From Candidatus Poribacteria bacterium (lineage in GTDB: Bacteria; Poribacteria; WGA-4E; WGA-3G): a stretch of 64,000 nt of DNA. The notes under the pieces are model-generated. The model did not search any database, was not told the origin of the DNA, and was given only the letters and a program-made list of their open reading frames with translations. The position numbers and the translations under genes are program-made. Each line of letters starts with the position of its first letter. Positions within the stretch are counted from its first letter, which is position 1. The stretch is taken from assembly GCA_965205025.1 (NCBI GenBank), contig CBDBFU010000026.1:64001-128000 (forward strand), written 5' to 3'. Below are positions 50,397 to 60,903 of the stretch, in pieces.

Positions 50397-51767
50397 TCAT
50401 GGATTAAACTCTGTCACTTCAGCAATCGCCTTATAGGTAATATCCAGCAGAGAGTCTAATTCCGAAATTGTGATCTGCAATGGTGGCATCAATACAATTG
50501 TATTCACCAAAGGACGGAGAATCGCGCCACGTTCAAGTGCAGCCTTGCAAACTCTAAGTCCAACTTTTTCTTCAAATGGATATAGAGTTTGTCTCTTAGT
50601 ATTTTCCATTAATTCTATTCCTACAGCCAGACCACAAACACGAATATCCCCGACATGATTCAAAGTGTAGAATTCTTGAAGTCTGTCCTGTAAATGCTGT
50701 ATTGTCACTTGTATTTTTCCGATAAGATTTTCACGTTCAAATATAGAGATATTCTCCAATGCTACTGCACACCCTAAAGGGTTTCCAGTAAAAGTATGTC
50801 CATGAAAGAAAGTCTTAAGGTCGCTATAATCCCCAAGGAACACTTCATAGATGTCATCTGTAGTTAGGGTTGCAGCAAGTGGAAGATAACCCGCTGCTAA
50901 TCCTTTAGCAGTACATAAAATATCCGGAGATACATCCTCATGCTCACATGCCCACATCCTTCCAGTCCGTCCAAATCCTGTCATTACTTCATCTACGATA
51001 AGAATTGTTCCATAATGACTTGCTAATTCTTCAACACCCTTTAAAAACCCTTTAGGTGAAATTAACATTCCACCTGCTCCTTGTATAAGGGGTTCTAAAA
51101 TAATACCGGCAATACGACCTTGATTTTCTGTTAGAGCCCGGTCAACCGAATTAAGCCACCCTTCCTTTTCTAACGTAACATCATATTCTTTTCCTTGTGC
51201 TGTATATTGTTTTGGCACATTAACTCGGACATTTTCAAAGAGCAGGGAATTAAATGTACTATGAAAGGTGTGAATACCACCTACACTCATAGCTCCTACT
51301 GTATCTCCGTGATATGCATTATCAAAGTGAATAAATAATTTACGTTCTGATTCACCCTTATGTTGCCAATACTGAATTGAAAGTTTCAGTGCTACTTCAA
51401 CAGCAGTAGACCCGTTATCTGAATAGAATACTTTGTTTAGTCCTGAGGGTGTAATTTCAACAAGTTTTTTTGCAAGCTCAATGGCGGGAATATTACTATA
51501 ACCCAGCAATGTTGAATGTGCAATCTTATCTAACTGATTTTTTAGGGAGGTATTAAGTTGAGGGTGGTTATGACCGTGGATATTCGTCCACATTGATGCT
51601 ATACCGTCAAGATATTGATTTCCATCAATATCAATCAGGTAAACACCTTCACCACGTTCAATAATTACAGGATCATCTGAAAGCCAATCCTGCATCTGTG
51701 TAAAAGGATGCCAGAGATAACTCTTATCCCATTCAACTAACTTCTCTCTATCCCTTAAGTTTCGCAT
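50397..51767 (-). CDS. bioA: Adenosylmethionine-8-amino-7-oxononanoate aminotransferase
   Basis: WHPFTQM, DNGSTAVEVALK, YHGDTVGAMSV, EPLIQGAGGM, DEVMTGFGRTG, AKGL, FFHGHTFTGNP. Confidence 0.95.
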   Translation of the reverse strand: MRNLRDREKLVEWDKSYLWHPFTQMQDWLSDDPVIIERGEGVYLIDIDGNQYLDGIASMWTNIHGHNHPQLNTSLKNQLDKIAHSTLLGYSNIPAIELAKKLVEITPSGLNKVFYSDNGSTAVEVALKLSIQYWQHKGESERKLFIHFDNAYHGDTVGAMSVGGIHTFHSTFNSLLFENVRVNVPKQYTAQGKEYDVTLEKEGWLNSVDRALTENQGRIAGIILEPLIQGAGGMLISPKGFLKGVEELASHYGTILIVDEVMTGFGRTGRMWACEHEDVSPDILCTAKGLAAGYLPLAATLTTDDIYEVFLGDYSDLKTFFHGHTFTGNPLGCAVALENISIFERENLIGKIQVTIQHLQDRLQEFYTLNHVGDIRVCGLAVGIELMENTKRQTLYPFEEKVGLRVCKAALERGAILRPLVNTIVLMPPLQITISELDSLLDITYKAIAEVTEFNP

Positions 51768-53046
51768 AGTGGACGGGAGATTCTATAGAGAGATCATCAT
51801 ACGTTCCTGTTTTCGGTACGATGATTTCAAGCATCCTATTTTGATACTTTGCGTAAAAGTCTTCTGGTTGGCACGGAATTGGGAAGATATTTCTGAAGCC
51901 ATCAGGGAATGAACTGGTACGTCCAACCACCTTCTCAAAACGAGGATCAGCAAATTCCATTGGCTTTTCTGGATCCCTTGGAAGTTGGGTTTGAACAGTC
52001 ACCACACTCTCTTGATCCAGTGGAGATTCATCGGGGGCAAAAGGTGAACTGATTGATACCTCATAATCGTAGTGAGGCATTCTATCCGGCAGTTCATAAG
52101 TGTTTTTCGCTGAAGAATCTGGTACCCAACGTGGGAATTCTATTTCAATCCGATAATAGTCTGCTAACTCTGAGACACGGTTCACCATGCCATAACGACG
52201 GTAACGTTCTTTTATATCATCCGAGTATATAGCACCTTCGGTTTCAACTGCCCCTGGCATTGTTTTTCTTAATCCAACATCATCGTTTACCAAGGTCGAA
52301 CGTAACCCTATAAGAAGTGGGGTTGCTACTAATGAAGCAAACCACCCATAGATTGATGCTCCATAACGCGCATCTTCTGATTCACTTGTAGAAGTCAACT
52401 CAGATTTAAAACGAACCATTCCCTCAACAATAGCAATAACTATTCCCAAGAAGATCATCAAATTACCAGATGGAGTAAAAAGACCTACTGTTCCCTGCTG
52501 CATTCCAATGAAAAACAGAACAAGCGGGTATAGAACCAGATTGATAAGACTATTAATACCTGTAGAAATGGCAGCACTAAATATTCGAGGATTACCTGCC
52601 ATCTCCTCTAATCGGGACTTAAATCCCGCTGAGAACGCACCTAACAAAGGTTGTCCCAGCATTACAATCAATCCGTAGGGGGAACGTAATGACGATCTGG
52701 CTGCATTTGGTAACTGAACAAATTCTTCTGGTACACCTTGTTCTTTTTTCTTTTTAGATTGTCCCGCATCATCAGCGCCGTCATCATCTGACTCAGGTTT
52801 AACAAAGGTTTCAAAGAACTTGCTATTTACTTCTATATATGATTCCCATTCACTCGGAACATCACTCTGCATAAAGATAGCAGTGACAGGACATACAGGT
52901 TCACACGCTGCGCAATCAATACAAACGCTTGGATCAATATACAGTTGGTTTTCACCTTCAGAAGTATGTATGCAATCCACTGGACAGACATCAACACATG
53001 CCGTGTCTTTTACATCAACACAAGGTTCACAGATAACATATGCCAT
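51748..53046 (-). CDS. Dicluster (FdxA-like) ferredoxin fused to a membrane segment and a C-terminal domain
   Basis: MAYVICEPCVDVKDTACVDVCPVDCIH...LYIDPSVCIDCAACEPVCPVTAIF, then hydrophobic helices and ~170 aa soluble domain. Confidence 0.82.
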   Translation of the reverse strand: MAYVICEPCVDVKDTACVDVCPVDCIHTSEGENQLYIDPSVCIDCAACEPVCPVTAIFMQSDVPSEWESYIEVNSKFFETFVKPESDDDGADDAGQSKKKKEQGVPEEFVQLPNAARSSLRSPYGLIVMLGQPLLGAFSAGFKSRLEEMAGNPRIFSAAISTGINSLINLVLYPLVLFFIGMQQGTVGLFTPSGNLMIFLGIVIAIVEGMVRFKSELTSTSESEDARYGASIYGWFASLVATPLLIGLRSTLVNDDVGLRKTMPGAVETEGAIYSDDIKERYRRYGMVNRVSELADYYRIEIEFPRWVPDSSAKNTYELPDRMPHYDYEVSISSPFAPDESPLDQESVVTVQTQLPRDPEKPMEFADPRFEKVVGRTSSFPDGFRNIFPIPCQPEDFYAKYQNRMLEIIVPKTGTYDDLSIESPVHYAKLKG

Positions 53047-53336
53047 ATCAACATTACTTCCTTTAGAATATATATATACAATAATTATAATATCATAATT
53101 ATACCTAAGATAGCAAGTTTCACCCACGGTACCTGATCCATAGTAACGGAATTCCGTTATATCAAATCTAACGAACCTTGAAAAGGTGTTTTAGCAGTAA
53201 GTATACATCAAATGTATGTCTTTGATTTTACTATGAAAACGGCACCTTCTATGATATACTGCATAGGAAAGAGGAGAATTTAGTTTAGATCAGCTATAAA
53301 CTTCAACTGATAACAACGTTGACTATATAGGAACCC

Positions 53337-54437
53337 TTGAATATAACTGAGAAAATGTTAAAGCCAAACCCAGGTATTGATACAATAAAAGCATATCAAG
53401 GTGGAAAACCGATTGAAGAAGTTAAAAGAGAACTTGGTATCTCTAACATTATCAAATTAGCTTCAAATGAAAATCCACTCGGTCCTTCCCCTTTAGCACA
53501 ACAAGCAATCAAAGAAATATCAACGCAGGTACATTTCTATCCTGATGGAAATGCATACTATCTTAAAGCCGATTTAGCAAAACATCTTAGTGTTACCGAA
53601 GATCATCTGATACTGACCAACGGTTCAAACGAAGTGCTACAGCTCGTGGGGGAAACTTACTTAGGTCCAGGCGACGAGGTAATCTATGCTGAGGGAGCTT
53701 TTGTTGTGTACGGCCTCGTCGCAACCGTCACAGGCGCAACTCCGGTTGTTGTCCCAATGCAAAATGATACGCACCATTTACCAGCAATGGCTGCTGCAAT
53801 AACAGATAAAACCAAAGCAATCTTCATTGCAAATCCAAACAACCCTACTGGTACAATGGTCACTGCTAAAGAAACAGCACATTTTATGGCACAAGTTCCA
53901 GAAGATGTGTTAGTTATATTTGATGAAGCGTATTATGAATATGTAACACATCCAGATTATCCACATACACTACCATACGTTATGGATGGTCGTAATTTCA
54001 TAATCACTCGAACATTCTCTAAAATATATGGACTTGCAGGTTTGCGTATTGGTTACGGAATCGCACCACCCCCCGTAATCGCAACCATGAATCCTGTTCG
54101 ACAACCATTCAATTGTAATGCAGTCGCCCAAGCTGCCGCACGCGCCGCCATCACTGATACTGAATACATCAAAGAAAGTCAAATGCTAAACGAACAGGGT
54201 AAGGTATTCCTATATCAGGCTTTCGAGGATTTAGGTCTTCGTTATATAAAAACTGAAGGGAATTTCATCATGGTTTTTGTTAACCAACCCGGTGCAGATA
54301 TGGTAGAAACAATGATGAAGAAAGGTGTAATTGTAAGAGCAATGGCTGGCTACGGTTATCCTGACGCAATTAGAGTCACAATTGGCAAACAGAGGGAAAA
54401 CGAACGATTCCTTGAAATCCTTTCTTCACTTGTATAA
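53337..54437 (+). CDS. hisC: Histidinol-phosphate aminotransferase (start may be ATG at 53355)
   Basis: YQGGKP, KLASNENPLG, NGSNE, NPNNPTG, DEAYYEY, RTFSKIYGLAGLRIGY. Confidence 0.95.
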   Translation: MNITEKMLKPNPGIDTIKAYQGGKPIEEVKRELGISNIIKLASNENPLGPSPLAQQAIKEISTQVHFYPDGNAYYLKADLAKHLSVTEDHLILTNGSNEVLQLVGETYLGPGDEVIYAEGAFVVYGLVATVTGATPVVVPMQNDTHHLPAMAAAITDKTKAIFIANPNNPTGTMVTAKETAHFMAQVPEDVLVIFDEAYYEYVTHPDYPHTLPYVMDGRNFIITRTFSKIYGLAGLRIGYGIAPPPVIATMNPVRQPFNCNAVAQAAARAAITDTEYIKESQMLNEQGKVFLYQAFEDLGLRYIKTEGNFIMVFVNQPGADMVETMMKKGVIVRAMAGYGYPDAIRVTIGKQRENERFLEILSSLV

Positions 54438-54513
54438 AGGAAATAAAGTAACAACCAATTCATAAGTAAATTAAAAACTTTCAATTAATTACCATACTTA
54501 ACAACAATCAACT

Positions 54514-55626
54514 ATGAAAGAATTGATTCAGATAAACAATAGAAAGTTAACCGAAAAAATAATGGTCGGCACTGTACCTATAGGTGGTGGTAGTCCAATT
54601 TCTATACAAACTATGACTACCACACTAACCCATGATGTTGATGCAACTCTGGCTCAGGTTGAACGATGTGCAGAAGCTGGTGCACAGATTGTTCGAGTGG
54701 CTGTACCTGAGGAAAAAGATGCAAAAGCATTGTCCACATTAGTAATACGATCACCTGTTCCCATAGTCTCAGATATACATTTCAATTACAAATTTGCTCT
54801 TGCAGCTGTGGATGCTGGGGTAGCAAAAGTACGTATTAATCCTGGTAATATCGGTAATAAAGACCGTATCGCACAAGTATTGTCTGCTGCTAAATCTGCA
54901 AATATACCAATTCGTATCGGTGTGAATGAAGGATCCCTTGAAAAGGATCTATTGGAGAAATACCCCTCACCAACAGCTGAGGCATTAGTTGAAAGCGCAT
55001 TGCGACATGTCAATATCTGTGAAGAACACGATTTTACCAATATTGCAATTTCTGTCAAATCAAGTGATCCAATCCGCATGATAAAAGCAAACCGATTACT
55101 TTCCGCCAAGGTTAACTACCCATTACATCTCGGTGTAACAGAAGCTGGAACACCACGCCGCGCACACGTCAAATCAACACTCGGCATTGGGACATTGTTG
55201 CAAGAAGGTATTGGTGATACCATTAGAATCTCTATTACGGGAGATCCTGTTGAAGAGGTATTAACCGCAAAAGAACTCTTACGTGCACTCAACATGGCTG
55301 ATGATATTTTAGATGTTATCTCATGTCCTTTCTGTGGACGAGGAGATCCAGAGGCAAATTATGAGAATATAGTGGTTACCGCCGAAGAACTATTAGAGAA
55401 GAATGGTATCAACATACCTGTCGCTGTGATGGGATGTGAAGTCAATGGTCCAGGTGAGACACGAAACGCTAAACTCGGTATACATCTTGGTGGTAAAGAA
55501 CTCGCAGTTCTAAAAGTAGACGGTGTAAAAGTTCGAACATTCCGTGGAAAAGATGAGGTTAATCCAGAATACTTAGCAAACGCATTACTCAAAGCAGCAC
55601 AACAATTCCAAGTGTCAGAAACCTAA
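54514..55626 (+). CDS. ispG: 4-hydroxy-3-methylbut-2-en-1-yl diphosphate synthase
   Basis: IGGGSPISIQTMT, DIHF, RINPGNIG, PLHLGVTEAG, GIGDTIRIS, SCPFCGR, VMGCEVNGPGE. Confidence 0.97.
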   Translation: MKELIQINNRKLTEKIMVGTVPIGGGSPISIQTMTTTLTHDVDATLAQVERCAEAGAQIVRVAVPEEKDAKALSTLVIRSPVPIVSDIHFNYKFALAAVDAGVAKVRINPGNIGNKDRIAQVLSAAKSANIPIRIGVNEGSLEKDLLEKYPSPTAEALVESALRHVNICEEHDFTNIAISVKSSDPIRMIKANRLLSAKVNYPLHLGVTEAGTPRRAHVKSTLGIGTLLQEGIGDTIRISITGDPVEEVLTAKELLRALNMADDILDVISCPFCGRGDPEANYENIVVTAEELLEKNGINIPVAVMGCEVNGPGETRNAKLGIHLGGKELAVLKVDGVKVRTFRGKDEVNPEYLANALLKAAQQFQVSET

Positions 55627-55673
55627 CCCAGTTGGTAAATATTCAAACCCTAATTTATATTGGAATATACCCA

Positions 55674-57182
55674 ATGCAGTTCCTCCGTAAAGCTGTTCGA
55701 TCTATAGTTGGACAAATAGTTTTATTCACGATTTTCTTCTTTCTATATCATAAGTTTATAGTATACATCATGCGTGAAACAGGACTGAAGCTTGGAGCGG
55801 TTGGGTATAACGGTGTTTTTACGCCTCTCTATGCTGTAATTCAACCTGACCTGAGTTGGTGGATCGTCCCCGCTATTCTAATCTGTATCGGTTTCTTATT
55901 TCTCTGCCATAAATATCTCCTATCCAATAAAATAAATACCCCTGAACTCATTGGAATAGCCATAATTTGCTTTCTCGCAATCACTATCAGTGTTACCCTG
56001 ATTGATGGATACAATAATATTGGTAATGAAGAGAATCCAAATTGGATTCTTGCTCTTTTGGAACCTTATACACGTACAGGATTGGAATATTATGGGGATG
56101 TGCCACGAATTGAAGATTTAGGTCTTCAAGCATTCCTACGCGATTTCAGCAAACCAGAACTATTTAATACGCTTTCAGGTCATACCCGAACACATCCAGC
56201 AGGTGGGGTAGTGTTTTTATGGTTTGTTAGTAAAGTATTCGGTTATAATCTCCTCTCAGCTTCCTTATTCTCAATTTTCTTTACCGCAGTTGTTGTCATA
56301 CTCATCTATAAACTTGGTGAACATCTTTATGGAGAAACAGTTGCTCTATACGCTCTACTGCTGTTTCTGATTACACCTAATTTCGTGATGTTCACAGGTA
56401 CATCAATGGACGGTCCATTTAGTGTATTTCCAATTCTTAGCCTTTACCTATTTTATATAGCCAGAGAACGAGAAACTAAACCAGATATTGATCTGACTTC
56501 ATTCCGACCCTATAGCCTTTTAACTGGTATTTCACTTGCCATCGGTATGTTTATGACATATGCCACTGTTGTTATCGGTGTTTTCTTATGTGTCATAGCA
56601 ATATTAGAATATAGACAGTTTAAACAGTATTTAAAAGTATTAGCATTTGCAGCAGTAGGCTATATAGGATTCTATGTACTGCTATTTATAATCACCGGTT
56701 ACGATCCGATTACCTCAACATGGGCTGCTATAAAAAAAGATGAAGCAGGCTTAGGAACAGGTTATGAAAGTATTGATCGGTTTTTCCATCTGAGTATTGG
56801 AAATCTATTTGCATTTCTAATCGGTGTAGGTATCCCTATTACTGCTGTCTGGTTCCGTCAAGTTATAAGTACATTCAGCGACTGGAGGAAGAACGCCACT
56901 GTAGCTGAGAAAGATTCTGGTCCGTCAGTAATACCTTGGCTATTACGTTTTGATAAAGCAGATTCCTATATCATCGGATTCTGTATAACATTATTCTATT
57001 TTACATTTTCGACACTGTTTACAATGGAAGTAGAACGTATCTGGATTTTCATGGTTCCGTTTTTCGTAATTCCAGTAGCAAAATTCCTCACATCCCGACC
57101 TCGTTCAGATTTATATTGGGTGGGATGTCTTCTCGTCGTACAACTCATTCTATCAGAAGTACTACTCTATACATATTGGTAG
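55674..57182 (+). CDS. Multi-pass membrane protein, probable GT-C fold glycosyltransferase (PMT/ArnT-like)
   Basis: Many TM helices; HTRTHPAG, TSMD and EVERIW motifs; in an operon with a GT4 gene. Confidence 0.65.
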   Translation: MQFLRKAVRSIVGQIVLFTIFFFLYHKFIVYIMRETGLKLGAVGYNGVFTPLYAVIQPDLSWWIVPAILICIGFLFLCHKYLLSNKINTPELIGIAIICFLAITISVTLIDGYNNIGNEENPNWILALLEPYTRTGLEYYGDVPRIEDLGLQAFLRDFSKPELFNTLSGHTRTHPAGGVVFLWFVSKVFGYNLLSASLFSIFFTAVVVILIYKLGEHLYGETVALYALLLFLITPNFVMFTGTSMDGPFSVFPILSLYLFYIARERETKPDIDLTSFRPYSLLTGISLAIGMFMTYATVVIGVFLCVIAILEYRQFKQYLKVLAFAAVGYIGFYVLLFIITGYDPITSTWAAIKKDEAGLGTGYESIDRFFHLSIGNLFAFLIGVGIPITAVWFRQVISTFSDWRKNATVAEKDSGPSVIPWLLRFDKADSYIIGFCITLFYFTFSTLFTMEVERIWIFMVPFFVIPVAKFLTSRPRSDLYWVGCLLVVQLILSEVLLYTYW

Positions 57183-57269
57183 ACATAGTGCAGTTTGACA
57201 TTCTGTTCCAAAATTACACTCCAAGTACCATCATTCTATTGCAAAATTAAACCCAGGATAACGTATTTG

Positions 57270-58361
57270 ATGCGAATTCTATATGTGATTGATTCTATGG
57301 CAAAGGATGGTGCGGAATCTCAGCTCCTAAAAACTTTGGAACGATTGAAACCTGATGAATATGAAGTCTATGTCATTCTAAGTCGCACTGAAGGAGAACG
57401 GATCAAAGAACTTACTGCACTACCATGTGTTCGTGATGTAACTATACTTAAAAGTGAAGGTAAGAAAAGAAAGGTATTAAAAAATACATTCGCTCTTGGT
57501 GGTGTAATTAAAACAATACAACCTGACTTAGTACATAGTTGGTTGTGGTATTCAAACTTTCTTAGTGGTTTATCCAACAGATTGGGATTATGGCGTCGTA
57601 TTCCATTAATCGTTTCGCAGCGTGGGGATTATCATGCAAGATATTCGAAATTCCGACTCTGGATTACAGAAAAATTCATATATAATACTGCAGATCTTCT
57701 TTTAACAAATTCAGAACAGATTCAACAACATCTCCAAAATCTATACCCCAAGAAAACAATATATAGTATACCGAATTTATTGGAACTCCCTACAGAAGAA
57801 TGGTCACCAAATCAAAGAGACAGTTCAGAGAAAAGGATAGTATGTGTTGGCAGATTCGCACCAGAAAAAGGGCATCGGTTTCTAATTGAAGCATTAAACA
57901 GGTTAGACTGTGATGGTATCTCTTGGCAATGTGTTTTTCTGGGTGAAGGGGAATTACAATCTGAACTGAGTGATCTTGCTAAGAATCTCAATCTAACCGA
58001 TAAGATTACATTTCCAGGATTCCGTGAGGATGTGTATCCAGTATTGCTACAGGCAGATCTCTTTGTTCTACCATCACTTCATGAAGGCTCTCCGAACGCA
58101 TTAATTGAGGCGATGGGATTAGGATTACCGTGTATCGCTTCAGATGTAGGTGGCATTAAGGATTTAATGGAAAATGAAAAAAACGGTATCCTTGTTCCTC
58201 CCAAAGATCCAGACTCTTTATCCAAGGCATTACATCATCTACTCACAAATCAAAATATCGCAATGGATTTAGGAAGAAACGCTCGCACAACCATTAGAGA
58301 AAAATTCGACAATACTGAATCCATTAGAAAATTAGAAGAAATTTACAAGAGTGTCACTTAG
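57270..58361 (+). CDS. Glycosyltransferase family 4 (GT-B)
   Basis: GAESQL, VGRFAPEKGH, DLFVLPSLHEGSPNALIEAMGLGLPCIASDVGG. Confidence 0.93.
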   Translation: MRILYVIDSMAKDGAESQLLKTLERLKPDEYEVYVILSRTEGERIKELTALPCVRDVTILKSEGKKRKVLKNTFALGGVIKTIQPDLVHSWLWYSNFLSGLSNRLGLWRRIPLIVSQRGDYHARYSKFRLWITEKFIYNTADLLLTNSEQIQQHLQNLYPKKTIYSIPNLLELPTEEWSPNQRDSSEKRIVCVGRFAPEKGHRFLIEALNRLDCDGISWQCVFLGEGELQSELSDLAKNLNLTDKITFPGFREDVYPVLLQADLFVLPSLHEGSPNALIEAMGLGLPCIASDVGGIKDLMENEKNGILVPPKDPDSLSKALHHLLTNQNIAMDLGRNARTTIREKFDNTESIRKLEEIYKSVT

Positions 58362-58366
58362 TAAGT

Positions 58367-59275
58367 ATGAATCCTAATCGACTTACACAATTTGCCAAAA
58401 ATGTTGTTGCATTCGTAATCTATCTTCTCGGTATTCCATGGATAGTAAGGGAGTGGCTCTGTAGGAACAGGGTGACAATTCTCCTTTATCACGACGTTTC
58501 ATCAAAGGTATTTGAAAAACATATAAAATACCTGATTCGCAATTACAATATCATCAGTTTAGAGTCGCTCGTTTCAGCAATTTACAATCAAGACTTTACA
58601 GAATTACCACAGAGAAGTGTTGTAATTACTCTTGATGATGGACACGCCAACAATATCAAACTCTTACATATCTTTCAAAAGTATTCAATTCGTCCAACAA
58701 TATATGTTTGCACACAGATAATCAACACTAATAGACATTTCTGGTTTAAAATTGACGGACTATCCAAGAGAGAGAAAGAACATCTTAAGAGAATACCAAA
58801 TCAACAACGGATAGCATATTTAAGAGATTCCTCAAATTTTGAGCACATAGTCGAATATAATCATAGACATGCACTGAATTTAGATGAATTGAAACAAATG
58901 TTAGAGAGTGTTGATTTTCAACCACATACTCAAACCCACCCTATACTACCTAATTGTACGGAACTCGTATGTAAACAAGAGATTCTTGAGAGTAAGAAGG
59001 ATTTGGAGACAATGTTAGATCTTGAGTGTCTACATTTTAGTTATCCAAATGGGGATTACACAGAACGGGAAATAGAGATTGTGAAACAAGGAGGATTTCG
59101 TTCCGCTCGTACAACAGATGTTGGATGGAACACCATAAATACATCCCCTTATAGACTAAAGACAATTCCAATTACAGATACTGCTGGGAACATTAGACTT
59201 CGGGCAGAAATGACATCAATACCGCAACGGTTGGCGAGAATAGTGAATACCATCTTATGGAAAAGAATGATATAA
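58367..59275 (+). CDS. Polysaccharide deacetylase family protein
   Basis: ILLYH, ITLDDG, HTQTHP, FSYPNG. Confidence 0.9.
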   Translation: MNPNRLTQFAKNVVAFVIYLLGIPWIVREWLCRNRVTILLYHDVSSKVFEKHIKYLIRNYNIISLESLVSAIYNQDFTELPQRSVVITLDDGHANNIKLLHIFQKYSIRPTIYVCTQIINTNRHFWFKIDGLSKREKEHLKRIPNQQRIAYLRDSSNFEHIVEYNHRHALNLDELKQMLESVDFQPHTQTHPILPNCTELVCKQEILESKKDLETMLDLECLHFSYPNGDYTEREIEIVKQGGFRSARTTDVGWNTINTSPYRLKTIPITDTAGNIRLRAEMTSIPQRLARIVNTILWKRMI

Positions 59276-59952
59276 CTAAATGGCATCACGCCTACATTCA
59301 GAATGCTTACCAAGAGTTAGCACAGGGATATACAAAAGAACAGATTGATAGACTTAATATCAATGCAAGGAATAAAAAAGTACTGGATGTCGGTTGTGGT
59401 CCAGGAAATCTACTTGCTGCGTTATCTTCTAATAATCCAAAACTATTAATTGGTGTGGATACAGATAAGATATTTCTTCTATATGCACGCGAAAAAACCA
59501 AAAATATCTTAGAACCTCCTGCAGTTCACCCATCATTTATTCAGGGAACATTACCCACATTACCTTTTCAAGATGAAACTTTCGATATTGTCACCTGTTT
59601 TCTTGTAATGCCACATGTGTCTGACGATGAAATCGCTATAAGAGAACTAACACGTGTTTTGAAATCGGGTGGAACACTGGCAATTTCCGGGCACGGTTTC
59701 GGTTTCCCGTTACGATATCTCAAAAAGTTCAAAATGAAGCCATTGCAGATGTATATTGCGAGTCTAATTTATCGATTTACTGGCAGAAAGTTAATAAGGA
59801 ATACACTACAAAATTTAAAAAAGATAGGTAATATCTTGGGGCATTTAGGTATGGAAATAGATGTTCAATATCAGAAAAGAGTTTTTGGATGTATCGCAAC
59901 CTATTGGATTAAAACTACTAAGAGTGACGCGAATCCTAAGGCTACACAGTAA
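59257..59952 (+). CDS. Class I SAM-dependent methyltransferase
   Basis: VLDVGCGPG, LPFQDETFDIV, RVLKSGG. Confidence 0.9.
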   Translation: MEKNDITKWHHAYIQNAYQELAQGYTKEQIDRLNINARNKKVLDVGCGPGNLLAALSSNNPKLLIGVDTDKIFLLYAREKTKNILEPPAVHPSFIQGTLPTLPFQDETFDIVTCFLVMPHVSDDEIAIRELTRVLKSGGTLAISGHGFGFPLRYLKKFKMKPLQMYIASLIYRFTGRKLIRNTLQNLKKIGNILGHLGMEIDVQYQKRVFGCIATYWIKTTKSDANPKATQ

Positions 59953-60740
59953 TATGTAAAAAGAGAGAATTTTCCTCTGTTTAACACCACCAGTAGAAAA
60001 CGTAAAGCAATATACCCAACAAGAAATGATGCAAACATACCACTACCTAATATATAAGGTGAAATAGTAGTATCTCCAATATCACGAAGTTTAAGTACAA
60101 CTGCACCAAGAATCGCGGGAATTGAGAGAAGGAAGGAATATTCCGCTGCTGTTTTTGCAGGAATACCCAAAAACAGGGCAAGAGATATCGTTGTACCTGA
60201 ACGGGATATACCAGGTGTAATTGCACATCCTTGGGCGATTCCAATGATTGGAGCATGCCACGATTTTAATCTTTTACTTATAGCTTCCTTGTTATCACTA
60301 TATCCTTTTTGAAGTCGTGGTAATTGCAAGATAATTCCCGTTACAATTAACATTAAGCTAACAAGCCATACTTTATCAAAGAAGGATTCTAATTGTGATT
60401 TAAACAACACAGCTATGAGACCCGTCGGAATAGAACCAAGTAGTAGCAACCATATAAATTTCAGATCATCAGATGTTCTAACTTTTTGTACTGGATTACG
60501 AAAGAAATCTATATCTACAAAACTTGATACACCGTTGAATAACAGCCTTGCGATTGAATGTCGATAGACAACAATTACTGCAGCTAATGTTCCAACATGC
60601 AGCATCACATCAAAAAAGACAAGTGGCTCATTTAATCCAAGGAAATGTTGTGCTAAGACGAGATGTCCAGAACTACTAATAGGAAGGAATTCGGTTAAAC
60701 CTTGTAAAATACCCAGTAGAATCGCATCAAGAAGTGTCAT
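59901..60740 (-). CDS. uppP: Undecaprenyl-diphosphate phosphatase
   Basis: LGILQGLTEFLPISSSGHL, PGISRSGTT, AAEYSFLLSIP. Confidence 0.96.
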   Translation of the reverse strand: MTLLDAILLGILQGLTEFLPISSSGHLVLAQHFLGLNEPLVFFDVMLHVGTLAAVIVVYRHSIARLLFNGVSSFVDIDFFRNPVQKVRTSDDLKFIWLLLLGSIPTGLIAVLFKSQLESFFDKVWLVSLMLIVTGIILQLPRLQKGYSDNKEAISKRLKSWHAPIIGIAQGCAITPGISRSGTTISLALFLGIPAKTAAEYSFLLSIPAILGAVVLKLRDIGDTTISPYILGSGMFASFLVGYIALRFLLVVLNRGKFSLFTYYCVALGFASLLVVLIQ

Positions 60741-60842
60741 ACAAATAGTATAACAATGAAGAGTATAATGAGCAAGAATATACTTCACATTATCAAAACC
60801 AATAATTGAGTGGTTTGATAACTATAGACTATAGGTAATCTA

Positions 60843-60871
60843 TTGACAACGACACTATTTTTTGTTACAAT
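60843..60871 (+). promoter_or_regulatory. Sigma70-type promoter
   Basis: TTGACA-N17-TACAAT, ~30 bp before the LamG start codon. Confidence 0.7.
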
Positions 60872-60903
60872 ATTCTCAATTAACTTCTAATAAGGAGTAA
60901 GAT

